DNA of 64,000 nucleotides from Phycisphaera sp. GTDB taxonomy: Bacteria > Planctomycetota > Phycisphaerae > Phycisphaerales > SM1A02. Below, piece after piece: positions 47,834 through 56,317 of the stretch (the stretch's first letter is position 1; each line of letters starts with the position of its first letter). Where the stretch lies: NCBI GenBank assembly GCA_016124975.1, contig WGMP01000011.1:5693-69692 (forward strand), in the 5' to 3' direction. The translations under genes and the position numbers were made by a program. Under the pieces are notes generated by a model that had not been told where the DNA came from, made no database searches, and was given only the letters and a program-made list of their open reading frames with translations.

Positions 47834-48952
47834 ATGTCCGACTCCGCGAACTGCCTCGCCCTCGACCACTACATCACCCTCGGCCGCTCGGGCCTGCGCG
47901 TGTCGCCGCTCTGCCTTGGCGCCATGACCTTCGGCACCGAATGGGGCATGGGCGCCGATGTCGAGACCTCGAACGCGATCCTGTCGCGCTACCTCGAGCG
48001 CGGCGGCAACTTCATCGACAGCGCCAACATGTACACGAAGGGCCACAGCGAGGCGATCCTCGGCGACTACTTCGCGACCGGCGCGGGCCGCGGCACCCGC
48101 GACCGCGTGGTGCTCGCGACGAAGTTCGGCGGCAACATGTGGCCGGGCGACGCGAACGGCGGCGGATCGAGCCGCAAGTCGATGTTCAACGCGGTCGAGC
48201 ACTCGCTGCGGCGCATGAAGACCGACTACATCGACCTCCTCTGGTGCCACTTCCAGGATGTGCACACGCCGATCGACGAGACCATGCAGTCGCTCGACAT
48301 GCTGGTGAAGCAGGGAAAGGTGCGCTACACGGGCTTCAGCGACCACCCCGCATGGGTGTGCGTGCAGGCGATGTACGAGGCCGTCTTCCGCGGCTGGACG
48401 CAGCCGGTCGCGATCCAGATCGAATACTCGCTCCTTCAGCGCACGGTCGAGCACGACCTGATGCCGATGGCGCGCAAGTGCGGCTTCGGCGTCACGCCGT
48501 GGAGCCCGCTGCGCGGCGGCGTGCTGTCGGGCAAGTTCACCCGCGCGAACCGCCCGAAGGACGACGGATCGACGCGCGTGAAGAGCGACTCGAAGTACCT
48601 CACCGAGGCGACCTATGTGCTGATCGACGCGCTGCACGAGATCGCCGCCGCGCACAAGGCGACGCCCGCGCAGGTGGCGCTGCGCTGGGTGATGGACCGC
48701 GCGGGCGTCACGAGCACGATCATCGGCGCGCGCACGATGGCGCAGCTCGACGACAACCTCGCGGCGTGCGCGCTGCGGCTCTCGGCCGAGGAGACGAAGC
48801 GCCTTGACGCGCTGACCGAGCCGTCGCCCGTCTTCCCGCACGACTTCCTGAGCACCTTCATCCCGAGCGTGATCCAGAACGGAACGCGCGTGAACGGACG
48901 CGAGGCAGGACCATGGGCGTCCGCCCCGCAGTCAGACGCAGAGCGGTGGTGA
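47834..48952 (+). CDS. Aldo/keto reductase (candidate sugar dehydrogenase)
   Basis: ATG at 47834 (MSDSANCLALDHYITLGRSGLRVSPLCLGAMTFG). Motifs are NFIDSANMY, ATKFG, DYIDLLWCH and GFSD. Confidence 0.85.
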   Translation: MSDSANCLALDHYITLGRSGLRVSPLCLGAMTFGTEWGMGADVETSNAILSRYLERGGNFIDSANMYTKGHSEAILGDYFATGAGRGTRDRVVLATKFGGNMWPGDANGGGSSRKSMFNAVEHSLRRMKTDYIDLLWCHFQDVHTPIDETMQSLDMLVKQGKVRYTGFSDHPAWVCVQAMYEAVFRGWTQPVAIQIEYSLLQRTVEHDLMPMARKCGFGVTPWSPLRGGVLSGKFTRANRPKDDGSTRVKSDSKYLTEATYVLIDALHEIAAAHKATPAQVALRWVMDRAGVTSTIIGARTMAQLDDNLAACALRLSAEETKRLDALTEPSPVFPHDFLSTFIPSVIQNGTRVNGREAGPWASAPQSDAERW

Positions 48953-48955
48953 GCC

Positions 48956-50305
48956 ATGCCTGAAGCGAACTTCGACGGCCTCGTCGGCCCGACCCACAGC
49001 TACGCGGGCCTTTCCTACGGGAATGTCGCGAGCGCCTCGAACCAGGGCGCCGCGAGCTCGCCGCGCAAGGCGGCGCTGCAGGGCCTCGCGAAGATGGAGG
49101 CGGTCGCGGCGCTCGGCCTCGTGCAGGGCGTGCTTCCGCCGCACGAACGGCCGCATCTCCCGACGCTACGCGCGCGCGGATACGAAGGCTCCGACGCGGA
49201 AGTCCTCGCGAAGGTCGCGAAGGAAGACCCCGTGCTCCTCGCGCGCGTCTCGAGCGCGAGCGCGATGTGGACCGCGAACGCGGCGACGGTGATGCCCGCG
49301 GCCGACACGCACGATCGCCGCACGCACCTCGTCGTCGCGAACCTGCGCGAGATGTTCCACCGCGCGATCGAGCCGCCCGTCACCGAGCGCGCGCTGCGCG
49401 CGATCTTCCGCGACGAATCGCGCTTCGCGGTGCACGCGGCGCTGGCGGCCGAACCAAGCGCCCGCGCCGACTATGGCGACGAGGGCGCCGCGAACCACAC
49501 GCGGCTCACGGCGAGCGCCGCAAGCGGCGGCGAGACCGCGGGCGTCCACTTCTTCGTCTACGGCACGGCGCCCGACGCCGCGCGCGTGCCGAAGAAGTTC
49601 CCCGCGCGCCAGACCCTCGCCGCCAGCGAGCGCGTCGCGCAGCTCGGGCTCCTCGACCGCGCGCGCTGCGTGTTCGCGCAGCAGAACGCCGACGCCATCG
49701 ACGCCGGCGTCTTCCACAACGACGTGATCGCGGTCGGCAACGGCAACATGCTCCTCTGCCACGAGCGCGCCTTCGAGGACCGCTTCGCCACGCTCGCGAG
49801 CCTGCGCAACGTCGTGGGCGAGTCGCTTGTCATCGCCGAGGTTCGCGCCGACGAAGTCACGCTCGAGGATGCGGTGAAGAGCTATCTCTTCAACAGCCAG
49901 CTGCTCACGCTTCCCGATGGCTCGATGGCGCTCGTCGCGCCGTGCGAATGCGAAGAGAACCCGCGCGTCAAGGCCGCGATCGACCGCGTGATCGCCGACC
50001 CCGCGAATCCGCTCAAGCGCGCCATCTTCATGGATGTGCGCGAGAGCATGCGCAACGGCGGCGGCCCCGCGTGCCTGCGCCTGCGCGTGCCGATGACCGA
50101 CGCCGACCTCGGCGCGATGAACCGCGCGGCGCTCGTCGACGCTGCGAAGCTCGCCGAGCTGCGCGCGTGGGTCGTGCGGCACTACCGCGAGTCGCTGCTG
50201 CCCGCAGACCTCGCCGACCCCGCGCTCCTGCGCGAGTCGCGCGACGCGCTCGACGAACTCACGCGCATCCTTCAGCTCGGCGACATCTACGATTTTCAGC
50301 GTTGA
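48956..50305 (+). CDS. astB: N-succinylarginine dihydrolase
   Basis: The N-terminus MPEANFDGLVGPTHSYAGLSYGNVAS and a C-terminal NGGGPACLRLRV (catalytic Cys) are typical of AstB. 449 aa. Confidence 0.9.
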   Translation: MPEANFDGLVGPTHSYAGLSYGNVASASNQGAASSPRKAALQGLAKMEAVAALGLVQGVLPPHERPHLPTLRARGYEGSDAEVLAKVAKEDPVLLARVSSASAMWTANAATVMPAADTHDRRTHLVVANLREMFHRAIEPPVTERALRAIFRDESRFAVHAALAAEPSARADYGDEGAANHTRLTASAASGGETAGVHFFVYGTAPDAARVPKKFPARQTLAASERVAQLGLLDRARCVFAQQNADAIDAGVFHNDVIAVGNGNMLLCHERAFEDRFATLASLRNVVGESLVIAEVRADEVTLEDAVKSYLFNSQLLTLPDGSMALVAPCECEENPRVKAAIDRVIADPANPLKRAIFMDVRESMRNGGGPACLRLRVPMTDADLGAMNRAALVDAAKLAELRAWVVRHYRESLLPADLADPALLRESRDALDELTRILQLGDIYDFQR

Positions 50306-50395
50306 GCGCCCGCCGCTGCGGCGGCGAGCGAGGTTTGAGCGCCCGCCGCTGCGGCGGCGAGCGAGGTTTGAGCGCCCGCCGCTGCGGCGGCGAGC
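50302..50395 (+). repeat. Tandem direct repeat, 2.85 copies of a 33-nt unit containing a GC palindrome
   Basis: The unit TTGAGCGCCCGCCGCTGCGGCGGCGAGCGAGGT occurs at 50302-50334 and 50335-50367 (identical), with a partial third copy at 50368-50395. Each unit contains CCGCCGC-T-GCGGCGG. The first unit includes the astB stop codon. Confidence 0.9.
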
Positions 50396-50415
50396 TTTGG
50401 CGGGTTCGGGGTATT

Positions 50416-50838
50416 GTGCAGGCGTTGGTGAGTCGGCCCACGATCATCCTCTTCGACGGCGTCTGCAACCTCTGCAGCGGCGTCGTCCGATTCGTGATCG
50501 CGCGCGATCCGCGCGCGCACTTCCGCTTCGCCGCACTGCAGTCCGACGCAGCGCGGCGTGCATGCGCGGAGGTCGGCGCGGCACCGCCCGCCGAAGTCGA
50601 CCCCGACACGATCATCGTCATCGCAAGCGGCCACGCGCTCGAGCGCTCAGACGCGGCCCTCGCGATCGCCGCGCGGCTCCCCTTTCCATGGCCGTTGCTC
50701 GGCGTCTTCCGCGTTCTCCCGCGCGGCGTTCGCGACTGGCTCTACCGCCTCGTCGCACGCAACCGCTACCGCTGGTTCGGCAAGAGCGACACCTGCATGG
50801 TGCCGACGCCCGAGTTGCGCGCGCGGTTTCTCGAGTGA
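50416..50838 (+). CDS. Thiol-disulfide oxidoreductase DCC family protein (DUF393)
   Basis: The active-site signature is ILFDGVCNLCSG. There is no ATG; candidate starts are GTG 50416, TTG 50425 and GTG 50428. The reading frame stays open upstream through all repeat units. Confidence 0.75.
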   Translation: MQALVSRPTIILFDGVCNLCSGVVRFVIARDPRAHFRFAALQSDAARRACAEVGAAPPAEVDPDTIIVIASGHALERSDAALAIAARLPFPWPLLGVFRVLPRGVRDWLYRLVARNRYRWFGKSDTCMVPTPELRARFLE

Positions 50839-50851
50839 TGGTGCGGTTCGA

Positions 50852-51775
50852 TCAGGGTCGATCCTCGAGCGAGATAAGCAATCCGCGTGAGACGAACCAG
50901 TCCCCTCGGTACCGAACGAATCTGTACCCATGCATTTCGTCCTGTCCGGTCGGAATCGGCAGAAAGACATCAGGCGCGCCCGGCGCGTAGGCCCAGGCGT
51001 GGCTGGAACCGCCGTATCCAATGGCATGGATCGGGAAGACCGCGAGACGCGGGAGTGAAATGCGAACGATCGGCGCGATCTTCTCCTCGTCCCCCGCTCC
51101 TGTGTAGCGAAGCTCGTCGCTCTGCCACTCCAAGCCGTATCCACCATGAAATGGGTCGCGAGCGCCCCTCTCGGGAGGCGTCCATTCGATCGTCGCCACC
51201 TCAATGTCGTCCCACACGGCGCCTCGCGTGACGCTGCCGCTCCACGCACGGACCGCACTCCATTTGCTCGGCTCGACCGCCGGCCCAACTGCCATAGGCT
51301 CGAGGATCTTCCGATCAAGCCAGAAGGCGATCGCCCGCGGTGCGCGCGCCGACGCGAGCGTTTCCGCCGCGACGACGAGCGCGATCGGGAGCAGCCAGCG
51401 CCACAAGGCGATCGGAACGATGCGCGGGCGACGCGTTGGCAAGGTTCGGTGTCCGAGCACCGCACCGAGCAACCGCATGATGAACGCAAGTCCCGCGGCG
51501 AGCGATGCCAACAGAGCAAGCAATTGCGCGGGGAAGCTCGCCGCGGGGCCAAAGTCGATCCGCAGGATGAGGATTGCCAGGAGCCCCGCCAGCACGAACA
51601 TCGGCCATCCGGGCGCCTGCGCAAGCCGACGGCTGAATCGTGCGTGCCCAGGCCCGATGAAGGTCCCGCCGTCCTGCGGATCGAACGCGCGCCCGCACTC
51701 GGGGCAGCGCCGCTCGGAGATCCGCTCGAGGTCGAAGTCGCAGTCGATGCAGCGCATCCGCGTCCAGCGTACCAC
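50852..51775 (-). CDS. Membrane protein with an N-terminal zinc ribbon
   Basis: MRCIDCDFDLERISERRCPECGRAFDP (CxxC...CPEC), followed by 3-4 hydrophobic helices and a globular C-terminal domain. Position 51775 is GTG; the ATG at 51757 is the likely start. Confidence 0.6.
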   Translation of the reverse strand: MVRWTRMRCIDCDFDLERISERRCPECGRAFDPQDGGTFIGPGHARFSRRLAQAPGWPMFVLAGLLAILILRIDFGPAASFPAQLLALLASLAAGLAFIMRLLGAVLGHRTLPTRRPRIVPIALWRWLLPIALVVAAETLASARAPRAIAFWLDRKILEPMAVGPAVEPSKWSAVRAWSGSVTRGAVWDDIEVATIEWTPPERGARDPFHGGYGLEWQSDELRYTGAGDEEKIAPIVRISLPRLAVFPIHAIGYGGSSHAWAYAPGAPDVFLPIPTGQDEMHGYRFVRYRGDWFVSRGLLISLEDRP

Positions 51776-51793
51776 GCGCGCCGTCGACCGCCG

Positions 51794-53113
51794 TCATCGG
51801 TTGAAGGGATACTCGTTCACCCAATGGAATCCACGATTCATGAGCAGGAAGTTCTTTGCATCAAGCCGCTCGCAGACGGCCTCGATGCGCGTGCCTGCGA
51901 CTTCGCCCGTGAGACGCAGCGTCTTCTCGCCATCGCGTGTGAAGGAAAGCGTGCCGACGAGCGGCGCCTTCGATGGGTCGTCGCCGGCCGCGACGGTCAT
52001 CTCGCGGAACTCGAGCGTGGCGTCCTTGATCTCGAGCGCCCAGCGCGCGTTCACGCCCTTCATGTGCGTCACGATCCCCTGCTTCCACTCGGTCCGGTCG
52101 ATCAGCGTCAGGTAGCGCCAGCGCGTCGCGTCGGTGACGAGCGGCGGCAGCTCGACGCCGTCGCGCCGGAAATCGCGCACTTCCCAGGTGCCGTCGAGCT
52201 GTCCGCGCGGCGCGAGCGCGCCGTAGAGATACCGCGCCTCCGACATCTGCCAGAACATGAAGGGCACTGTGAACCCGACCCACGCGAGCTTGATGCCGAA
52301 CGCCGTGCGCCGCGCGATCTTGTTGGTCCACGGGCCACGCAGATCCGCGCGCGCAACGGGCCGGTTCAGCAGGAACATGCGCACGAGCCGCGGCATGTCG
52401 GGCGCAGCGATCACGAGCGCGAGCATGAGCAGGTGGAACGAGTAGATCTTGACGGGGACGTCGTAGAAGAGATTCAGGACGAACACGTTCGCCATCACGC
52501 CCGCGGTCCAGAGCGCGCCGACGAGCTGCGTGCGGCGGAAACACAGCAGCAGCCCGCCGATCGTCTCCATCCATCCTGCGAACATCGTGTAGGGCTGGCT
52601 TGCGCCCATGAAGGTCCACAGGAGTCCCATGGGCGAGGAATCGCCGTAGTCCTGCAGCAGCCGCTGCATCCCGGGCTCTGGGAACTGCAGCCCGAACACC
52701 TTATTGATGCCGTAACCGAACATCGCGCTCGCAAGCACGAAGCGCATGGCGACCCAGAGTCCGTCCTTGAGCCAGGGATAGGAACCCCGCCGCCGGTCGA
52801 TCGCGCTCCACGCCATCGCGCCGACGAGCGCGACCGCGAGATGCGACGCCAGCTGCACCCAGTTGTAGGTGGTGTCGCCCGACCCGTTCGGGAAGACGGT
52901 GATCTCGACGCCGAACGCCGCCTTCGCGATCCAGACATAGAACGGCTTCACCGCCTCGTCGTGCCACGCGCCCGCGACCGCGAGCACGGGCACGAGCCCG
53001 AGGATCGCCGAGAAGAACGCGAAGACGAAGTAGATGAAGGTGAAGCGGAACAGCAACCGCTGCATCGGGTGCCAGACGGCCGACGGGAGGCTGGGGCTTT
53101 CGTGCGACTGCAT
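51794..53113 (-). CDS. DoxX-like integral membrane protein with a C-terminal soluble domain
   Basis: ATG at 53113. Multiple TM helices (FTFIYFVFAFFSAILGLVPVLAV..., MFAGWMETIGGLLLCF, a DoxX-type signature). Its pairing with a DCC gene is a commonly seen neighbourhood. Confidence 0.7.
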   Translation of the reverse strand: MQSHESPSLPSAVWHPMQRLLFRFTFIYFVFAFFSAILGLVPVLAVAGAWHDEAVKPFYVWIAKAAFGVEITVFPNGSGDTTYNWVQLASHLAVALVGAMAWSAIDRRRGSYPWLKDGLWVAMRFVLASAMFGYGINKVFGLQFPEPGMQRLLQDYGDSSPMGLLWTFMGASQPYTMFAGWMETIGGLLLCFRRTQLVGALWTAGVMANVFVLNLFYDVPVKIYSFHLLMLALVIAAPDMPRLVRMFLLNRPVARADLRGPWTNKIARRTAFGIKLAWVGFTVPFMFWQMSEARYLYGALAPRGQLDGTWEVRDFRRDGVELPPLVTDATRWRYLTLIDRTEWKQGIVTHMKGVNARWALEIKDATLEFREMTVAAGDDPSKAPLVGTLSFTRDGEKTLRLTGEVAGTRIEAVCERLDAKNFLLMNRGFHWVNEYPFNR

Positions 53114-53127
53114 CTGCGCAACCTAGC

Positions 53128-53383
53128 CACGGCTCCCGCCGCGGTCGACCCCGACACGATCATCGTGATCCGCGACGGCCGCGCGCTCAAGCGTTCGGAC
53201 GCCGCCCTCGCGGTCGCGGCCGAGCTGCCGTTCCCGTTGCAAATGTTCGGCGGTTTCCGCGTTCTCCCGCGCGGCGTGCGCGACCGGCGCTACCGCCTCG
53301 TCGTGCGGAACCGCTACGGCTGATCCGGCAGGAGCGACGCCTGCATGGTTCCGACACCAGCGCTGTGCGCATGGTTCCTCGAC
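53128..53383 (+). pseudogene. Decayed 3' fragment of a second DCC-family gene
   Basis: Translation VDPDTIIVIRDGRALKRSDAALAVAAELPFPLQMFGGFRVLPRGVRDRRYRLVVRNRY shares 44 of 58 residues with residues of the intact DCC at 50596-50835. A 1-nt deletion after CGCTAC creates a premature TGA at 53321, and DNA similarity continues past it. The N-terminal CxxC part is absent. Confidence 0.7.
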
Positions 53384-53611
53384 CGAGCGGGCGCGCTTGG
53401 GGTTCGAGCGATCCTGGGCGGAAGCCGATCCCAACAAAGTTGCGTCCCAGAACTATTTTGCCAGCGCAACGTCGGGGATCTTGTGCTACCATGATCTTTC
53501 AAAGAATCCAGACAACGCCTCAGCGCGAAGTCTCTGCCGCGGGTCGTCGGATCGACCGATGCGCCGCTCACCAACCCAACCGCCGCGCTGCCGCGCGAAG
53601 GAGCCTGCTTC

Positions 53612-54901
53612 ATGACACGCCTGCCTCCGAACGCCTTCTCCCGCTCCGTCGGCGCTCTCGCAGCGATGTCGACGGTGCTTGTCGCCACCCCCAACGCCCT
53701 TGGTGGCGATGCCCGGTTCATCCCGATTCCAGGGCTCGGCAAGATTCCCGGCTCCAACGAGAACGGCTGCTACGTAACCGCCCCCGACGGCTACTCGAAT
53801 ATCCGCCTCAGCGCCGACGGGCAGGTCGTGACCGCGACCGCCTACCAGCCGGGCTTCGTGAGTGGATTCGTACCCTTCCAGATCGTCCGCTGGACCGAAG
53901 CGGGCGGCCTCGAGCAGATCACTCCCGCCTGCTGCTACGGCATCTACGGCCCGGTGGGCATCTCCTCGGACGGGTCGACCATCTGGGGAGAGTCCTGGCG
54001 CTGGACGACCAAGGGCGGATTCCAGCTCTTGTCGAATCTTCTCCCGGGCGACTACCACGTCTTCGGCTGTACGAGCGACGGGCAGACCATCACGGGCATC
54101 CGCGGCACCTACGGCTTCGACGAGCTCGACATCTTCCGGTGGACCGTCGGCGAGGGCGCGCCTGAGATCCTGCCGCGCCCTGCGGCAAACCCCTTGGGCT
54201 ACTTCTACTTCAACACGATCAGCGGCGACGGCAGCACCATTGGCGGCATGGCGCAGGGCCCGGACTACACGGGTTCCGCGGTCGTCCTTGGCGCGAACGG
54301 CGTGATCAATCTGACGCCGACGCAGAGCCAGTCGAATCTCGTGAAGGACCTTTCGGACGACGGCTCGGTCGCGGTCGGCATGGCTTCGTTGCCCCCGTAC
54401 AGCCTGAGCGCGTTTCGCTGGACCGCGCAGGGCGGCATGGAGGCGATCGTGCCTCTCGCGGACGCCCGTGCGTGCAACGCGGACGGCACGATCATCGGCG
54501 GCGGTCGCATCGAGTTCGGAAGCCCCGGCCTGATCGCCTGGATCCGCATCGGCGACCAGCCTTGGACCGATCTGCGCGACTACCTCGTCGCAGAGCAGGG
54601 TCTCGGCGCGGCGCTTGAAGGCTGGAAGCTGGAGGCCGTGCAGGACATCTCGGCCGACGGCCGCACGATCGTCGGAAGCGGCATCAACCCGCAGGGTTGC
54701 GCGCAGGGCTTCCTCGTGCGCCTCGACCTGCCGGGCTCGAACGACATTGCAGACATGAACGGCGACGGCGTCGTGAATTCTCAGGACCTCGCTGTCATGC
54801 TCTCTGCGTGGGGCTCATCAGGCGGCCCCGCGGACATGAACCGCGACGGAATCGTGAACTCCGCCGACCTTGCCATCATGCTGAGCCGCTGGACTGCCTG
54901 A
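53612..54901 (+). CDS. Secreted HAF-type repeat protein with a C-terminal dockerin-like double repeat
   Basis: A Shine-Dalgarno AAGGAG (53598-53603) lies 8 nt before the ATG. Six repeats of the S.DG....G type are present (ISSDGSTIWG, TSDGQTITG, ISGDGSTIGG, LSDDGSVAVG, NADGTIIGG, ISADGRTIVG). The C-terminus is DMNGDGVVNSQDLAVMLSAWG...DMNRDGIVNSADLAIMLSRW. Confidence 0.8.
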   Translation: MTRLPPNAFSRSVGALAAMSTVLVATPNALGGDARFIPIPGLGKIPGSNENGCYVTAPDGYSNIRLSADGQVVTATAYQPGFVSGFVPFQIVRWTEAGGLEQITPACCYGIYGPVGISSDGSTIWGESWRWTTKGGFQLLSNLLPGDYHVFGCTSDGQTITGIRGTYGFDELDIFRWTVGEGAPEILPRPAANPLGYFYFNTISGDGSTIGGMAQGPDYTGSAVVLGANGVINLTPTQSQSNLVKDLSDDGSVAVGMASLPPYSLSAFRWTAQGGMEAIVPLADARACNADGTIIGGGRIEFGSPGLIAWIRIGDQPWTDLRDYLVAEQGLGAALEGWKLEAVQDISADGRTIVGSGINPQGCAQGFLVRLDLPGSNDIADMNGDGVVNSQDLAVMLSAWGSSGGPADMNRDGIVNSADLAIMLSRWTA

Positions 54902-54988
54902 CCGCGGCCTCGCATAACTGAGCCATCCTGCACGCGCGCCCCGTCGAGAAGTCAGGCGGGGCGCGTGATGTTTTCGATCCACGCTTCG

Positions 54989-56230
54989 TCAGTCACGCAG
55001 ACGGATCCATACTTCGTTGCGCACCAGCGGCAGCGGATACTCGACGACCAGCCGGTAGCGGTCGAACTCATCTGGGTCGCGGCCAAGCATCTCGAGCGCA
55101 CGGAGCGCCAGCGGCACCGCGAAGTCCTCGCCCGTCCTTCCGCACTGTCGATACCCCTTCCCCATCGGAACAAGGTCGTCGCCCTGGTCGACGCGCCCTC
55201 GGCCCGTCGGATCGGGGCCATTCATCTCGGGGTCGACCATCGGCGTCGAGTCGATCGTGAAGATCGACAGCGGCGAGACCTCGCCGAACGACTCGCGGTG
55301 GACGAGCACCTCGCGCAGCAGGATGCGCGTCGCCCGAGACACGGCAAACGAAGTCGCCGTCCACTTCGTCGTCTCGGTCGCGCGCGGCGGCGTGAAGTCG
55401 AGGTTGACATACCCGTACGCGAAGTCCATGGGCTCGTCGAGCGGCGGCGAATGAGGCTCAAGGACGAGCGAATGAACGCGTCCGACCCTCTCGAGACGCA
55501 GCTGCGACGCGACATCGGTGCAGAACTCGGGGATGAGCGCCACACCGGGGTCGTTGCGGATGGGCTCCCCCGTGAGCGTGACGCGATCAAACGCAGGGCT
55601 GCCTTCGTCGCGACCGAGGAGCGAGAGGATCGCCTGCGGATATCCGGGGCGCAGCCTGCGCAGGCCCGTCGTGGACAGCACCTGCGCCTGCCTCGCCTTT
55701 CGGCCACCCTCGCTCGGGAGCAGGATGTTCACGAGCGCCTGCGTCTCGCAGCAGATGCCCTGCGCGAAGAGCGCCGCGTTGTAGGCGCCGCGGCGGGCCG
55801 CCCGCAACTTGGCTTCGGACACCTTCGGCACGGCGACGCGCCCCGCGGTCACGAGGCGGGACGACTCCGTGGCTGAGATCGCCGTGATCAGCGCCGTGCG
55901 GTCGCCCGGGAAGTCCCCGATCGCGGCGTCGAGTTCCTTGATCGCCTTGCGGCACTGCGCCACAAGCCGCTTCCCCGCGCCGAGCGCCTCGCACTTCCCC
56001 ACGATCTGCCCAAGCGCCTCCGCCGCAGGAAGCTCGCGGAGCGCGGCGCCGGCATCCGACATCCGCACCGCCCGCGCCACGCGGCTCGCGATCGACTTGT
56101 CGAGACCAAGCCGCTCGCGCAGATCGCTCATGCGCGGCTGCGCAAGTCCCACGGACGCAAAGACGCGGCCAAGCGCCTCGCGGGCTGACTCGGCGCACGA
56201 AAGAACGCGCTGCAACGGGTTGATCTGCAC
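54989..56230 (-). CDS. Hypothetical protein (about 413 aa), possible N-terminal HTH
   Basis: Only the C-terminal 40-45 percent of ORF 54989..57748 looks coding; the rest is antisense to three + strand genes. Candidate starts are GTG 56230 (VQINPLQRVL) or ATG 56131 (MSDLRERLGLDKSIASRVARAV). No family recognised. Confidence 0.55.
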   Translation of the reverse strand: MQINPLQRVLSCAESAREALGRVFASVGLAQPRMSDLRERLGLDKSIASRVARAVRMSDAGAALRELPAAEALGQIVGKCEALGAGKRLVAQCRKAIKELDAAIGDFPGDRTALITAISATESSRLVTAGRVAVPKVSEAKLRAARRGAYNAALFAQGICCETQALVNILLPSEGGRKARQAQVLSTTGLRRLRPGYPQAILSLLGRDEGSPAFDRVTLTGEPIRNDPGVALIPEFCTDVASQLRLERVGRVHSLVLEPHSPPLDEPMDFAYGYVNLDFTPPRATETTKWTATSFAVSRATRILLREVLVHRESFGEVSPLSIFTIDSTPMVDPEMNGPDPTGRGRVDQGDDLVPMGKGYRQCGRTGEDFAVPLALRALEMLGRDPDEFDRYRLVVEYPLPLVRNEVWIRLRD

Positions 56231-56317
56231 CGAACGCACTATAACGGGGTATGCTCGCTTCGGCAGAAGCGGCTCCCGCGCCGCTCCACCGCAGAAACCG
56301 CCTCTGGGAGAACGATC

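Noticed and set aside
50302-50395. The 33-nt repeats considered as a CRISPR array
   Set aside because: The units are directly adjacent with no spacers, there are only 2.85 copies, and there are no cas genes in the window. It is a simple tandem repeat.
38833-53459. Shared AT-rich motif CCAGAACT(C/A)TTTT at 38833-38845 and 53447-53459, with its reverse complement AAAGAGTTCTG at 39862-39872, all in intergenic DNA next to secreted-protein genes
   Set aside because: It is tempting as a regulatory box or as inverted repeats flanking gene 39091..39750. However, an 11-13-nt match is expected by chance many times among all position pairs in 64 kb. I found no convincing copies upstream of the other PEP-CTERM-like genes. 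It would need genome-wide motif statistics.
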